Positions 39,107 to 56,699 are shown, numbered from the whole stretch's first letter. The stretch is DNA of 63,245 nucleotides, filler included, from Choristocarpus tenellus KU-1152 (GCA_964200185.2; 12 parts of 12 records of this genome joined end to end with filler, not necessarily neighbours in it), one strand, 5' to 3'. The notes: generated by a model not told the origin, from the sequence alone. A program made the numbers and translations.

Positions 39107-39365
39107 GAGTGAGCGTATCATAGAGGGTAGGAGTTTTGCCCTGTTTGTCCGTTTGAGGCTTGGCTTCCCACGTTTTTTTGGGGGCGTTTTCCTACTCCGA
39201 AATGTTTCAGAGTAGGTAAAATGTGTATGTTATGAAAAAGGTGTGTCCGGAAGATGGGTATTGACACTTCCTGACAAACACGATAGCCAAAAATACATCA
39301 AAGTTGCAACATTGGATTTTGGCCCCCAAATGGATGCGGCTCTTCCCTCTAAGATACTTTGGCTC
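39107..39365 (-). mobile_element. MITE family A copy, TSD ATAA
   Basis: TIRs plus ATAA on both sides. Confidence 0.95.
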
Positions 39366-40280
39366 ATAAGTTTTGTGCTCTTGCAGAGTCAGTCAACAAT
39401 CATAATGTCAGAGTGCTTATATACTCATTCACTCTTCTATATTTGGTTTAGAATGAGGGGGGGTACGGTGTACGGGTCAGGGTTAGGTATTTTCCTCAGA
39501 AATGATTTTTTTTTCCTGTTTTATTTTTTTCAATCATTATTGATGATATGTGGTATGCTCCAGCATTGCGGTATAGACCGATTCCAAAAAAAAATATTGT
39601 TTTAGTTTTTACATCAATAGCCCTGTTACTTTCTGGATTGTTTTTACATCAATTATTTTGATGTAGGTTTTAGAATCATTCATGAAGCATCCCCCCCCCC
39701 CCCCCCCCCCCCCGCCTTCCCCCCTCCGCGGCGTACTTCCGGTCCGGCCGCCCTGCTCGTCTTCGGCGTCCTGNNNNNNNNNNNNNNNNNNNNNNNNNNN
39801 NNNNNNNNNNNNNNNNNTTAATTAATTAANNNNNNNNNNNNNNNNNNNNNNNNNNNNNNNNNNNNNNNNNNNNGGGGGGGGGGGGGGGGGGGGGGGGGGT
39901 GGGTGGTAAGATACAATAGTTTCAGGTTATCCACTGCTTGGCTCTTCATTGATAGTCACTGATATCTTTGTAGGGGTAGATGAAGTGCGTTTAGTTATGT
40001 GTTCAGATCAATAGTGTGCATGCGGATGGGGTATATTTATTGATGCATGTATGGTGTAGGTTAAGTATGTTCTTACATTGTCCTGAAAATATTTCATTCT
40101 ACTCAGTATGGCTTAAGTGTGTGAGTTGTATTTACATTGGTGGTATTATGGAAGCAGTTGGCATTTAATTGTATATATATATATAGAGAGAGAGATAGTG
40201 CTTGAGGTATGAAGTAATATGCAATAGTATTTATAGAGATGAAAAAATATGGTAATGATAGTAATAGCAATAGTAATAGT

Positions 40281-40539
40281 GAGTGAAAGTATCTTAGAGG
40301 GTACGAGTTTTGCCTTGTTTGTCCATTTCGGACTTGACTTCCCATGGGTTATCTTACGACATTTTCTTACTCCAAAATGTTTCGGAGTGGGAAACGTGTA
40401 TACGTCGTGAAAATCTGTGTCCAGAACATGGATATTGACCCTTTCTAATGAACACGATAGCCGAAATTACATCAAAATCGCAACATTGGATTTTGGTCCC
40501 CAAATGGACGCGGTTCTACCCTCTAAGATACTTTGGCTC
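40281..40539 (-). mobile_element. MITE family A copy
   Basis: Intact TIRs. Only AGT is shared by the flanks, inside a (TAA/TAG)n microsatellite. Confidence 0.92.
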
Positions 40540-40685
40540 AGTAATAATAATAATAAGAAAAACATGGGACAACACAAAGACTCTCTTCTTGTCGATGTGG
40601 CAATGATTAGTGGTTCTCTATGTTACCGTTACCTTTTGTCATCTTCATAGTGATGAGGGTTAGGGATCAGGGCCATTGCCTGCAC

Positions 40686-40688
<3 letters not shown>

Positions 40689-40723
<35 letters not shown>
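40689..40723. repeat. (TA)n microsatellite
   Basis: Seen directly; a (GA)n tract also lies at ~45818-45840. Confidence 0.95.
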
Positions 40724-40729
<6 letters not shown>

Positions 40730-43700
40730 ATTATAGATGCAGATGTGTAACAAGAATATGATGCACTATCATACTCTATGTATTGCAAAGCATGAGAATA
40801 TTACTACTGGTAGAAATATTTTGTTAGTAGTAGTTCTATAGAGAGGAGCTCTGAGGTGTACAACTACTGTGAAGTCGTTTACAATGTTTTTTTTCGGATT
40901 TTTTTTTTTAATTATCAACAGCTCAAGTTTGCATCGAAATCTTGCTTCAGAAGCATGAGCTTAACTTGTGCCAGTAGGTAATTGCCCATTTCTCATCACC
41001 CCAGCTTCCTGAAGCACTCCCCTCTCTATTGTCGCTGATATATACTGACCAATCCCTCCCAAACTCATCCTGCCCCACCCACACGGTGGGTCCCCTCCAA
41101 GCAGATATTACAGGGATCGCCGGTCCACAAAGACGTTGCCCCCGCTACCCAGGGGCACTGCCGCTAGGGGTGGTTCGAGATTCTCCCTTCGATCGGGATA
41201 ACGAAGTAGCGTACAAAGCTTTACTCAGTACTTTGGGTGTGTATGTTTGTTCTAGAGGATTGCTGCGGTTCACCTCCTGTGCGTTGAAAAGGCCTTGTCA
41301 ACTCGTAATCAGAGGGCGATGCAAGACCCGACTGTGACTTGGTACACAGAGGCGTCCCATCTCGTTTTGACCGGAAAGGGGGGTCAGGTACATGTGTAAT
41401 ACATGCTGCTGTGTGCTGCGCCTTTTGAAGTTGGGGAGTGTGGTTTATTGATGCCGTACTGGTAATTGAGTAGTACGTTGTTTTTGTGGTGGTCCAAATC
41501 TTGAGCAATACGCACGGTTCGTAACTGTAGAGTACGTTGTCATTGAATAGTTCAGACTCGAGTGTGCAGCAGGATATCTACCCCCTAATCCTAAGTATTT
41601 ATATTTGATCGTGTACGACTCTTGCTCTTGCCGGTTGGTACATTCCCCCTGCATTGTATGCACAACTTTGATTGAAACCACTTCTACAGACAATACCTTG
41701 AATTGTGGTTGTACTGGGTTGATTGCATTCGTACAGGTTTGTATTGGTGATGCTCTTGCCTCCTCCTGTTACATTTCGCCGCGATGATGCCACTGAGTCT
41801 ACGAATATGCATCTCTCAATACACTACTACTACTACTTCTACTAATATGCCTACTTGAACATTGAAAGTGTGACTAGTATGCGCGGCTGAGTACACGTAT
41901 CATGGTCGTGTTCTTTAAGTGGAGATTCTCTCGCGTATCGCATCAACATGCTCCTAAACTCTGTTTTGGACCTAGGGTTGGCTGGGTCTTCATACAGGTT
42001 GTCATAGTTCCATAACCCATTAGGTTTTTCGCCGAGAAAGTTGGTACTCGACTCAAAAAAATCGTCACTGAAGTATTCTGTGAGACAGAAGCACTTAATC
42101 CTAGGAATTTTTGAAGGCCGGTGTCGGGTAGAGGTGTGTAATGATGAAAATGGCCAAACGACATTGTGATTACTGACTGTGCGATTGAAGGGAAGGTTGA
42201 TCCTGCATCAACACCACATCTGCAGCAATGGGGGCTCTCCTCATTATAACCCAAGAATGGGCTGGTTCAGGAGACCCGCTGATGATACTTGCAGATTGAG
42301 GAGTGCTTGGCGATCCTTACTCATGCGGTTGAGTTACTGTCATCAAAGGACTTGCATCTGTAGCCGTGGGGCGATGGATTAGAGCTTTGGTGACATCTTG
42401 GTATGCCCTACGGACATATAGGTTTGGTTTATGGTGGAGAAGGTGACACAGTCAAGTGGAGTGGGCTATCCATTGGTCAAGGTTGTGTGTTGGATGAAGA
42501 GGTGTAGTGGACTCCTTGGTAGACTGGAGACTGCCCCCAATCACACCTTCGTCACTTCAGGAGAAGAACGTTGCCCTCCATCATAGCTCACCTTCTTCCG
42601 CTTTCCTGTGTATGTGGAACTGATTGGGTAGCCCTCTCTTTTCTGGTGGTTACCTTGACCTCAATCTCATTGCTGAGGTGCTGTCCACTGTGTTTGAAGG
42701 AGTCTTTCTAGTTGAAAGTAACTGGGGCATGATGTGCTTTCGCTGCACGTAAATATGGCTTCTATGTGGCTGGTTACTTCAGGTTCTTTTGCGCTGTCAC
42801 ATCCTTACCAGATCTTTTCACTGGACCAGCAAATTATAATGATCCTATCCGTCGGGGACCGGTCCCACAATTATGTATGATTTCCCAGTCCATGTCCGCC
42901 AGGAGACTGGTCAAACTTTCTCTATCATGCTTGGACCATGCACATTGGGTATTGGTCCACCAGCCAGACCGAATCTAGCATTCTCTAACATGCCCGGAAG
43001 ACTTCATTGGGTAATTGTACCAGTCCGTGTCCATGGGCTGGCCAGCCTAACTTTCTTGCATGTCCAGACCGTGACCGCCAGCCAGTCTACTATTTTCCTG
43101 GCATGTCCAGACCATTCTCACTAGGTGTACTAGCTCATGATGAAAAATATGTACATGTCAAAGGTCAGGTTAAACTCTAGTTCATGCATGCACATAGTAG
43201 TACTCTTTCAAATCTTCTCTGGTTTTTCTTGGTTCGAAATAATGAAAAACATGTACGTACGTACAGTGAGAATGTTGGGAAGTATGTATGCTTGGATTTT
43301 TTTCTTTTCAAAAATTTGACCCTTGACGAATGAGTGTCCAAATACATTTAAAGTCACAAATCACCTCTGTCACCCAAATACTAAAGACACAACTACGTAA
43401 AAATTGTATTCAATTTTGAATTTTGGATCATCTCTAAAATAGTAAAATACACAATATTAAAGACATCAGATATATATTGCATTTAGTACTAGAGTGAATG
43501 GTTAAATGAGGAGGCATGGCTATGACATGGTTGACCCCACTTTCAGATAATATTACCTGGCCAGACATAGGTAAAATCTTCAAATATGGCCGAGTCTATG
43601 GCGTCACTACTCAAAATGACCAGGGCCGCCAGCAAACCAAGTTTGTACATGACTGAATTCACGACCATTGACCATTTCATGACTGGGCCACGGGCTGGCG

Positions 43701-46700
43701 CAGTCACATGACTGATAGTGGACATGCTAAGTGCCTGGCCCATTGAAAAGCCCTAATCCTTGCAGCCTTGTGAAATTCCAAGCTGTGAAGTTCCCTCTTT
43801 AGCAGTGCATCTTGTGTCTAAAATAGTGGGAACGGACTCCATCCAATAGGTATGTGGGATCACCAAGCACGAGATAACCCAGGGGTGAGGGGAAGAGCAA
43901 GGCAGTGGCAAAGCGAATTTGTCAAGGTACGATCAGAGGGTTGGGGTAAAGACTTGCCTATTTTGAGGCGGCTGTATGTTGCGCAAGTCAGTCAATATGG
44001 AAACCCGATTTGGCTTGGTACAAGATTATTAATACAATTATATCTTAATTATTATTTTCGTCAAATTAGTCTGAGCATTGTCGAAACCTGTGGTCAGAAG
44101 CACTACACGCTCTACTATTTCTCATACTAACTACTGCGGAGTACTGACTAACAGCTACGTGTTGGATTGTTTTGTGAACAGCTTCCTCTTTCCACCCACT
44201 TGTAGCCCACGGAATCCTCACTGGGGATGGTAGACCATACGACACCCCTTTGCTTGGATCTGTGGATTCCTTTTGGTCTTGCTTTCCCCTGTTCCTTTCT
44301 TTTTATTGTATTCCTTCTTCATGAATTCCTCACACTACTTGCACTAGCAGTTGAAATTGCTGGTCCACATCTTAGTGTTCCCTGAACACACTTGTGAGCA
44401 TTCCCATAAAGAGGGTGGCCTTGAAACATTTAGCATCAAACCTTGCCATTGTCACCACCTGGTATCTGGCATGACCGAGCTCCTCTAAGGAGTATTAGAG
44501 AGGAGTGACTTCACCTCCACTAGAAAAAAAGCCCCTTGAGATACCCCCTCGCAGTAACCCTAACCCTAACCTCACCTGAGTCATGTTAGTATCTTTTTTG
44601 GCCCAGATGGTTGCTTGTGCCTTCAATGATGCCTTCATCATCTGCTCCTCTAGAATATCTACACATATAAGATGCCCAGGCTTTCATCCTGATCTTACCT
44701 CTCTTGCTCAACCACATCCTACTTACTCATTGTCGTTGGGGTGCTTGCCTGGGACTTTTGGGGAGCGATCAACATCGTCCTCACCTCTTGCTTACGTGGT
44801 ACAGAGTGCAAGTCCCCTACGACATTTTCATAAACGTCTGTACGGTCTTTATGTAGGTCCTCTACTTTATTGAGGCATTTGGCAGTATATTGTTCTCATT
44901 TTATTCACACTAGACTATTTCTAGATCAGGCCATGTCTAAACTGATTCAATTGATGTCTATATTTCAAAACTAATCTAAATCAACTTCAGTCGTAAAGGC
45001 ATTCAAGGTAAATCATCAGGTCATCTTCTTCGTCTTGTGCATCTCTATGGAAGCCAACACCACCCGCATCAAGTATAAAGGACTTGCTATAGCTTAGTCT
45101 GAAATATTTACACTGGACCTTACTTGCCTGGTCCTGGTGTATGTAGGGCACTTTGCTTAGACTATTAGGGGCAAATTCATGGCAGTATTTTTGGCAGTGT
45201 TTTGGTAGCAGCCACAATCCTCAAGACTCCGTAAGCAAAAGTTCAGATAGAAAACAGTAACCATGTGAGGCAAGAAATGAAGGCTAGAGGCCTAACGTCT
45301 TACCTAGGCAAGTGGAGAGTGTCCACCAGGGTCTTAACACCATCCGGGCATCGCACCAATAATGAATCCCCCCCAATTGCTCACACTCCTTAGTACTAGA
45401 GGATTTTGAGGCATGGAAAAGGCAAGTGACCTGCCTTGAGTTTCCCAGCCCAGCTGCTGCAATTCTTCCCAATATCTTACCCACTCCCCCTCCTCCACCT
45501 CTTCTGCAAAGGCCCATCGAAATATCTCTTTTCAAAGCAGTTGATGAGCTGCCCCAACACACCCCATTCCCGAAAAAACTTTTTAGCAACAAAATTATTA
45601 TAATCTTACCGGTATGCACTCCACTGCCTATGGAAGCCCACACCAGAAAGGGATTCAGGAAGGCTGGAGGTAATCATGGACGGCCTGTTCCAAGCGCTCA
45701 CAACCATGCAGTGATGTCGTCATTGGAACCTTTGGTGACACCTGCCGTTACATTCCTCTAACTCTACCTCTTCAAATTTTACATGGATTGCATCAACAAG
45801 TAACAAAAAATCAAAACAGAGAGAGAGAGAGAGAGAGAGACAGGAGAAACCTGCAGTCAACACATACTTGGATGTAAAGATATTTGGAGGGTGGAATTTT
45901 TCCCTTGCTCCTTTCTGCTGCCCATCTTATACACCACTCTTGGCCACTAGGATTGCATATACTTGTTATTGGGAGTTCATCTGTCACTGCCTAACAAGAT
46001 GTATTGATAGAGATGGGAAAACAGGGGCTCCATTACACCTAGTATCAATAGAGCTACTATACGACTAGAAAATATGGGATAATGTAACTAATGCACAGTT
46101 AAGCCCTGCACATGTCCATGGATACATCGAGCCTCGTTGGTAAGTAACGGAATGCCAGTAAATCACAATAGTCTTCCTCTTACGTCCATGAGTGAGAGCG
46201 TTGGATTGCTATGTGAAGGTGATGCTGCACTGGTCTCTACTGCAATGCACTCTTAAATATAACTGGAAGTATTGTGAGCGCAGCGCTATTAACGCCCCTG
46301 CCCAGATTTATCCTTCCAATTATAGTGATTTGCCTTTGGAACATTACCACACATGCATCCAAACAGAATTACAGGCAGGACTTGTTAATCAATGAGATAC
46401 CCATGTTCCACCAGAGCAGAAAGTCACACGGCTCTCTCCCCCGGTGGAACAGTGATATCTCATTATTAACAAAAATCGGAGGCTAGGGAGCTAGCCGCAT
46501 AATACATGGACCATCAACCCACTAACCGTGCACTTTTTCCAAGCAGTTATTTACATCTCCGCGTTTCCCCTTTCATCCGTCTCAGGACTGCACTTCTATC
46601 TTTTCGTGCTCCTGATGTAGGGAGTCAGGAAAATGGTTTGGGTGGGATTCAATACCACAACTAACTCAGAGGTAAAAGACATCCCCATCATAGAGAAGTT

Positions 46701-47072
46701 CGACTTCATGCTGCTCATGGTACTCTGTTTTTGTCAGCAGAGCAGCAGGTGCATCCTCTTTTTCTCAAGGTATTCCCCATCTCTTCATCCACTATTTACT
46801 AAGAGCAGTATTTGCTCCTACTGGAAGTAGTGCTGTAAGCTGTGGGTGGATGGCACAAAAGGAGAACCTCCGGTGTCGTCACAATTGGTGGGTTACACAA
46901 AGAACAGAATATTAGAATATTGGACGAAGAATACTCCTAAGTTATGGTCTATGTACTATTCTCACCCACCACGAAACAGCCTAGAATTGTGAAAACAAAA
47001 CATTTGTCCCTTAGACTTGCTTTCTTAAACTTGTAGGCAGTCAGGCCTCCTCTGGAGTGGAAAGGGTATGCT

Positions 47073-48609
47073 TTACCCATCTGTGGCCTTTACCTGGCAA
47101 TGAAGCTCAATAATGTTACTATCACCACATCCATTTTCCTCCAAAACCTCCTGGGATTTAGGACATGGAGCACCTGGGTGGGATAAGTTTCCATCTCCAT
47201 CTCCATCTCCATCTCCCTCTCCCTTTCCCTTTCCCTTTCCCTTTCCCTTTCCCTTACCTTCCAAAACTCCTTCCGCCGCTCCCTTGAGGCTCCCTGTCTG
47301 GGCACTTGTTATTCCTATTTTTATCCTCTCTACCCTATCCCCCTCACTCACTCCATCCTCATTTATTCTTGGAGATGTTTCTTCTTTACCAATGAGCAAT
47401 GCTTGCTTTTGACGCCTTGTCTTGCATAATAGGATCTCAGAATTCTCGTGATCGTAGCGAGCGTCCATGTGCCTCCGTGGCACCTGCCGTACCGAGAAGT
47501 TTTCAGAAAGGCGTTTGCGGAACCTTGCGTGCGTCTCCTCCTCACGCCTCTCGCTCGCCACCATAATTGAGGTTCCCCTCCCAGCCACCTTCGCGATGGA
47601 GTCTACCAAGATGTCGACCAACCGCTCGACATAAACGCAATCGCATGCTATCACATAGTCATACGGGGGGCTCAGGGCATCGATCGGGTCGCCCCAGCTG
47701 TACTCTTGTACCTGTGGTTTTGCACGAATGTGTCGAACCGTCAAAGGTAGAAAGGTCGGAAAATGGTCACCCTTTCGGCGAAGTTCAACGGAGGGTCACA
47801 ATTGGAACACTTAGTAAATTATGGAAGTATTTAGGCTGTTGACTTGAGTGGAGTGGCAAACAACTGGGGAACTAGTGATCGTAAACCCTTCCTGCCTTGG
47901 AGTCGTTTGTTTCCTTACCTTGATATTGGGTCGATTGTCCACCTTCCCCTCTATTCGATTGAGACCACCAAGGTTCATTGTGACATTGCGGCGTAATAAG
48001 GGGACCACCTCGGGCTGGAGGGAAAGGAGATACATTGTGGGTCATTTGAGGAATACATTCCAGACGTGTCATTGATAAAGGGCATGTAAAGCGGCTACTG
48101 CGTAAGATGTTTAATTCAGCTGAAGGTAGAAATTGTTATGCATTTTGAGCAATACTGGACAACTCGACCTCACCAGGTCTGTGAAGGTCACATGCGCTCC
48201 TTGCAGTGCGAAGTACATCCCCGCCAGCCCACAACCAGCCCCGAGCTCAAGTACAGTTTTCCCTTCCAATTTCTGCCGAGAATAGAGTTGTGGGTTGCGT
48301 TCCATGTACCTCACAAGAATAACACTAGCATCCCATATCGTCGTCCCAAGATTGTCTGAGTTGGGGTCCTGAGAGTGATTAAATGGATAGTGGTGTAGAG
48401 AGGGGGGGAACAAAGGAGTGAAAAATAAGGCTATGGGCTACGAGGAGGTGAGTCAATACCATGAACGTCGATTCTTCGACAGTAGAGGCGATTCAAGGTA
48501 GCAAGGCATTTCATAAAACCTGAGCTATGTTGAGTTGATTTCCGAGAACGTCCACTCGAACGCATGTTGAGAGATGCGTGTTCCACCTCTGGAATCTCTC
48601 AGTTCCCAT
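47073..48609 (-). CDS. METTL21-like (Methyltransf_16) SAM-dependent protein-lysine methyltransferase; exons 48609-48520, 48368-48174, 48014-47919, 47711-47073
   Basis: GTTIWDAS, VLELGAGCGL, FTDL..V.LLRRNV, YSWG and DYVIACDCVY motifs. All three introns are GT-AG, phase 0, and join in frame. Confidence 0.92.
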
Positions 48610-48933
48610 TCTCACTCTGTTTTGCCTTCCACCCGTACAGTCCCTAGTCACCACCACTACAAGTACTGTTGTCAATTTTGAAGTTAGTATCAGGATTTGA
48701 ATGATCGTCGTGTCTCTGCGCGCGATTTCTACTTCAATTGTACTCTCTACCACTCCTGTTTAAATCTCTATTGCTATTACCATTTACCATTACTACTACT
48801 GTTGTACCATGTCCTACTGTAGATTTTCAAAAGGAGGGTCATTTTTGACTTTCGACCTGGTTTCGATCCCCCAATCTGGTCTCATCACTTGCACACGAAA
48901 GGGAGCATTCACCGTGATCAGTGAGTAGTCTGA

Positions 48934-51552
<2,619 letters not shown>

Positions 51553-51951
51553 GTGAGAACAGATCGATTCCCCCCCCTCCAGTGCAGTGTTTTGAGGATG
51601 AGATTTTGTCTGGGGTCAAAGTATCTGGGGGGNNNNNNNNNNNNNNNNNNNNNNNNNNNNNNNNNNNNNNNNNNNNTTAATTAATTAANNNNNNNNNNNN
51701 NNNNNNNNNNNNNNNNNNNNNNNNNNNNNNNNCAAATCACCCAAAAATCGCGACATTAAAAAATTGACCCCAAATGGACAGCCGCTACCCCCTCCCAGAT
51801 ACTTTGACCCACACACACAAAATATTGAATCTAGGAGGTTTTTGTCAAGTCGTGCTGCCATTGTATTGCAAGCCTCTCCCTTTCACTCATCATTTCAATA
51901 AGTAAATCACCTCTGCTCCATCCCTACATCTCTCCCCCCCTACTTCTTCAC

Positions 51952-52095
51952 CTCAGCAGCTACGGCTTCTCCAAGAGCACTGTGTAGCAAGGCATCTATG
52001 AGCTCATCAGTTGCAGTCAAGGCAGCAACTGCAATCTCAGGAGTAACATCCCCAGGGGAACGATTAAATCGATTTATGCGAGGCACAGCATTGAT
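51952..52095 (-). CDS. Isolated candidate internal exon of an unknown gene
   Basis: TTCCAG|INAVPRINRFNRSPGDVTPEIAVAALTATDELIDALLHSALGEAVAAE|GTGAAG; 144 nt, phase 0-0. Confidence 0.4.
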
Positions 52096-52931
52096 CTGGA
52101 AGCTTGGACATTGAAATATCAATCGTGACTCAAACTGGTCAGACATGACCAACAGAGAGGAATGAACGGGAGAAGAGGGCAGGGGAGGAAAGAGAAGTGA
52201 GAGAGAGGAAGTTGTTCATCCTTTGGTTGATGGACATATTCATCCACAACCTCTATCACAGTAGGTTTGTCACACAATTCTGGTTTCACAATCACGATAA
52301 CAAATATATAATATATTCAACAAAACCCCCCACCAACCCATCCATCATACAAGTTCCACAACATGCACACATACACAAATACAAACCATCTCCACAAGTC
52401 CGTCAGCATACGGTGGTGGGCGCCTGTAACATTACATCCACTCTCTAATTAACGCCATCAGGGAGACCGAGGTGAGTGTCTAGTGTGCCCCCCATTTGTA
52501 TTACTTTATTGTTGGTGTCTGTTCCTCCGATGAACATGTGGTGAAAAGCCTCTTTCTTTCTCTCGCGGGTGTCGTTCGCAACATCCTCTAGTGCGCTTGA
52601 TCCTTCCACCTCACGTTGCAACCATTTCTTCACACATGGTCAACAGAACAGCATCCCTTCTATCTTGAAGATGGCATGCACTCGGATGAACGAACATGTT
52701 GATTGCAACAATCCTGTCATGTGAAGCAACGATCCTCCTGATTTCTTCTGTGTCTCACTTGCAACAACCACAGCTGTCTATTACGGACCTGCTTATGGCC
52801 AGGATGGGATGCTGGCGGCAACGCAGTGCGTGGGTAACAAGGGGGTGCCTCACTTGTGAGGAACGAGGAGGAGAAGCTCTGGAAACAGGTAGTAACCACT
52901 GTGTTCGAGAAGCCCCAGTAGGATAAATTAT

Positions 52932-53114
52932 AACCCAAAGTATCTGGGGGAGGAGGGGGGGATCTACACCAGAGTGTCCATTTGGGGCAAAATCAGGAAA
53001 CGTGAATTTACATTAACCATCTGACGTATGCAACCAAGTCACACAAAGATCGCGACATGAAAAAATTGACTCGAAATGGACAGCCCCCACCCCCCCCTCC
53101 TGACAGTTTGGGCC
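52932..53114 (+). mobile_element. MITE family B copy, TSD TTAT
   Basis: Homologous to 25256-25440; TTAT at 52928-52931 and 53115-53118. Confidence 0.92.
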
Positions 53115-56100
53115 TTATAATTGGCAGTACTAACAGTGAGGAGTGTGTGCCTGGGTAAGCCTGTAGGGACGTTTCTGGAGAAAGAGAGGAACGACCTCGC
53201 TTTTGTCTCAAACCAAACAGGCAGTAACCCCTTCTACTTTATTATATATCAGAAAACAATCCTTGAGTGTCCGTTCCCTGTGCCTCAACCCCCCCCAGAC
53301 GAATGAGCTTGGCCCCTCACCTCACCCTTCTAAGGTTTCACCCAGACCAGGGACACCTGTACTGAACTGATTAAAGCAGCCCTGTATAAACTGATATTGC
53401 CGACCAGGACACATCAAACACTGAAATCTCTGTCAAGTTGGACCCATTTTCAGCCATAGTCAAGCATGCAATAGACAATTCTTGCCATGGTTCAAGAACT
53501 GGTGGCTTTACCGTGAGGTCGTGTTGTTGTACAGGGTAGACAATAGACAGGAGTTCCAGATGTTCAAAACCAATATATATACAAGATGCGTGTCTATTTG
53601 TTCAAGGACCACTGTCTCCTCGTCGATTTTCCCACAATACTACAGTACAATACAGTAGCTGAAGTTCCGTTTTGACTTGACACACACTGTGCTCTCCAGA
53701 CAGTGCACGCCAACAAGGACAACTGTAACCTCTCAATGAACCTCAAAGAGAACCACAACAACGAACAATCAACATCTCTCAAGAATTTCATGACCGGACA
53801 GAGTAGTAGTCTTCGTCAATACTTTGGATAGTAGGTCATGAATTACTCAAAGGTGCCCAGGACACTCTTCTGCCATGTCAATGCATTACAACATACACCA
53901 AATGGAGTCAAAACAATCTCGTAACAGAATTTGAGACACATGTGCCATGTCCTTGCCCTCGGAGTACACCCATATCAAATATTTCCCACATCCCGTGAAG
54001 TCTCTCCCATATTGACGTTTCTCTTCAACCAAATGCAACCAAATGCAGTGTGTGGTAAAGTAGTGTTTTTTTCACTGCCACAAAGAATAGGGTTCTAGAA
54101 GAGGATATGACAAGCCCGCAGGAGATAGTGGGGCAGTCAGCCGATATCATCAGTATCAGAGGGATTTGCATTGACCTCTTGATGACAACAGGTGGAGGAT
54201 TGACTGTAGGTAGAGGTCTTACCAACAACAACAACAATAACAAACTGAATTGTTCAACCATGAACTATCCACTTATCCTGAACCGCAAATACTTCATGGT
54301 CACACACAGGACTCTTCATTGATAGCACCTCCTATGAGGCAGGGGATATGCCTTGACAACTGCCAACCGCCTCAAATGTGGAGAAACAAAACAACACTGG
54401 AAGNNNNNNNNNNNNNNNNNNNNNNNNNNNNNNNNNNNNNNNNNNNNTTAATTAATTAANNNNNNNNNNNNNNNNNNNNNNNNNNNNNNNNNNNNNNNNN
54501 NNNATGTTTAAAGATTTTACAGTTTTTAAGATTAGATAAAAAAAAGCCGCGGGGGGCCAAAGCCCCCCCCCCCCCCGAAGGTACTTTGGGTATGTATACG
54601 ACTATGAAAGGCGTATCCTGAGCAAGGATACTGACACTTGCTAACGAACATAATAGCCAACAATAATTAAAATCACAACATTGGATTATGACCCCGAACG
54701 GATGCAGCCCTACACTATTAAATACTATGGCTCTTTGTGCCTCAACAATGCATTGTACCACTATTGCTTTGTTAAGGAGGTGAAGTGTCTGAAGGCAAAC
54801 TCCAGGGGGTGCAACACAGACCTGTTGCAAATGTGTAGAAAGTAGAAACAATCAAAGTAACAATCAAAGTTGTGCAGGGAGGGAGAGACCACAACTTCAA
54901 TGTGCCAGATGTGGGGATCTTTCTGAAACGGAATCCTTGTTACGGGAAAGTTCTGAGAAAGGAGGAGGTTGCAGCTGAAACGAGGGCTTTTTTCCAGAGT
55001 CACTACACAGACAAGCTCCTTGAGCGGACAGAGACATCCACGAGGAAGTAGGGCTGGGATATGATTTGGACACCGCCTTGTGTACCCAGGTGTCAGCCCA
55101 CAGTTGTTTCGGTACCATGGCAAGCAGTACTTCAGCTTTCGGTATGCAAAGGGGAGGACAATTGCCCAAGTGAGAGATCAAATGAGGCCGGGGTGGTATG
55201 GCCTGACCCTAACTAGGATCGGATTGAGGGTGGATGGAAACTAGCAGACTATGGCAATGTGGTTGCCCATGCCCAGAGGGAGATGACAAAATTTATCAAG
55301 GCAGAGGATAAGATATTGGAGGCAGACATATTCAACCTGACAAATGTTCCACACCAGTTGAAAGATACAATAGAGTTGACGACACCAATGGATGCTGTGG
55401 AGGGGGGAGTAGGTGAGGATAATTTGAAGGAGGATTATGAGGTGAACCCATGGTGAAAAATGGTACTGTTGACAACGTTGAAGCTGACAAATCTAAGTCT
55501 ATAATTGAACAAATGTATATCAAAAGACGACCCAGCAACACTTAGAGTCATCAAAGTATATTCAGAGTACTCCAAACATTTCTTATCATAAAAAATGTTC
55601 CGCACTGCCAACCAAAACGATCTGAGTCACCAAAAACATATCCCTTGAGTCCTGTGTATCTCAACATTCCAATGACATAGGTTGTACACCATGAATAGGT
55701 CAAACAATCGTGTACATGTGAAAACTAAAAAAAATACCTCCAAATACATACATAATTCCCTTATGGAGATACTGCACCCTATTGCACGTTGTATTATGAA
55801 TCGAGGGTGTTACTATAGCTTAATCAATGCGTTAGGACGTCAGCTTTCATTCCATATACATTTCATTGGATGAATCGTCCTGCAGCAGATTCCACAGTGG
55901 TTTGAATGTCTCCAGTATACTTTGTGGGACTCAGGTATATTATCCAGATATGGTCAGAAACCGAACTTGTCTTGAGTTTCTTGTGGGGATAGTACCCCAA
56001 ACCAACTGTATTAGATCCAGCTTGCCCCCACCATTCGAACCATATTTTGTTTGTTATCTAACTCGAAATATTACAGAAGGTATGTAAAAAAACTTGAATA

Positions 56101-56699
56101 CCAGTTCTAAAATAGTGTCGAGTTCTCCAAAAAAACGAGTTAACTCAATTCACCATACTATATACTATTAGATTACTACTGTTGGAGTATTTTAATTTAT
56201 TTAGGGTTGGGGTTTTATATAATATTATATATATTGTTATGACATCATTACTTCTTTTCTGGAGACAGCATCGTTGTCATCTACTTTTGGATAATAATAC
56301 AAGTTACTATAATAAATAATCACCTACGACATTATTATATAGTAGAATGAAATACTATACTTTACCACCATGTTGTAAGGAAAATTATGCTGGATTGTGT
56401 ATGTAGTCGTCATAGATGACAGAGGAAAGAGGTCCCTCCTTTTCCACATCCTAACATCGTAATAAATTGGTTCGTCATTCATTTGTGGGGTGGTTGGTAC
56501 GTGGTTTATCTAGAAACCATTGGAATTTGGTGAGGAGGTGCGAAAAATCAAACTTGGAATAACCCAGAGTAGATACATACCCAGATGTTACTGTTTATAG
56601 TATTACAGGAAGAAGAAGCGATGAAGCAGATGCATGTAATTTGACTGTAGGTCATGGTGTGTAATTCAAAATATGATTCATTCTCCCCTCCATAATTTC

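Noticed and set aside
39710-39773. Abrupt GC/CpG-rich 50 bp after a poly-C run
   Set aside because: At a contig end after a homopolymer; likely low-quality or chimeric sequence.
41900-44500. Possible Gypsy/Copia RT remnants (LQKFLGL) and short CATGTCC repeats
   Set aside because: Too degenerate to assign a family or boundaries by eye.
45610-45760. Exon-like minus-strand frame with two in-frame TGA codons (selenocysteine/readthrough idea)
   Set aside because: No selenoprotein motif or SECIS recognised; CGA->TGA decay or chance is simpler.
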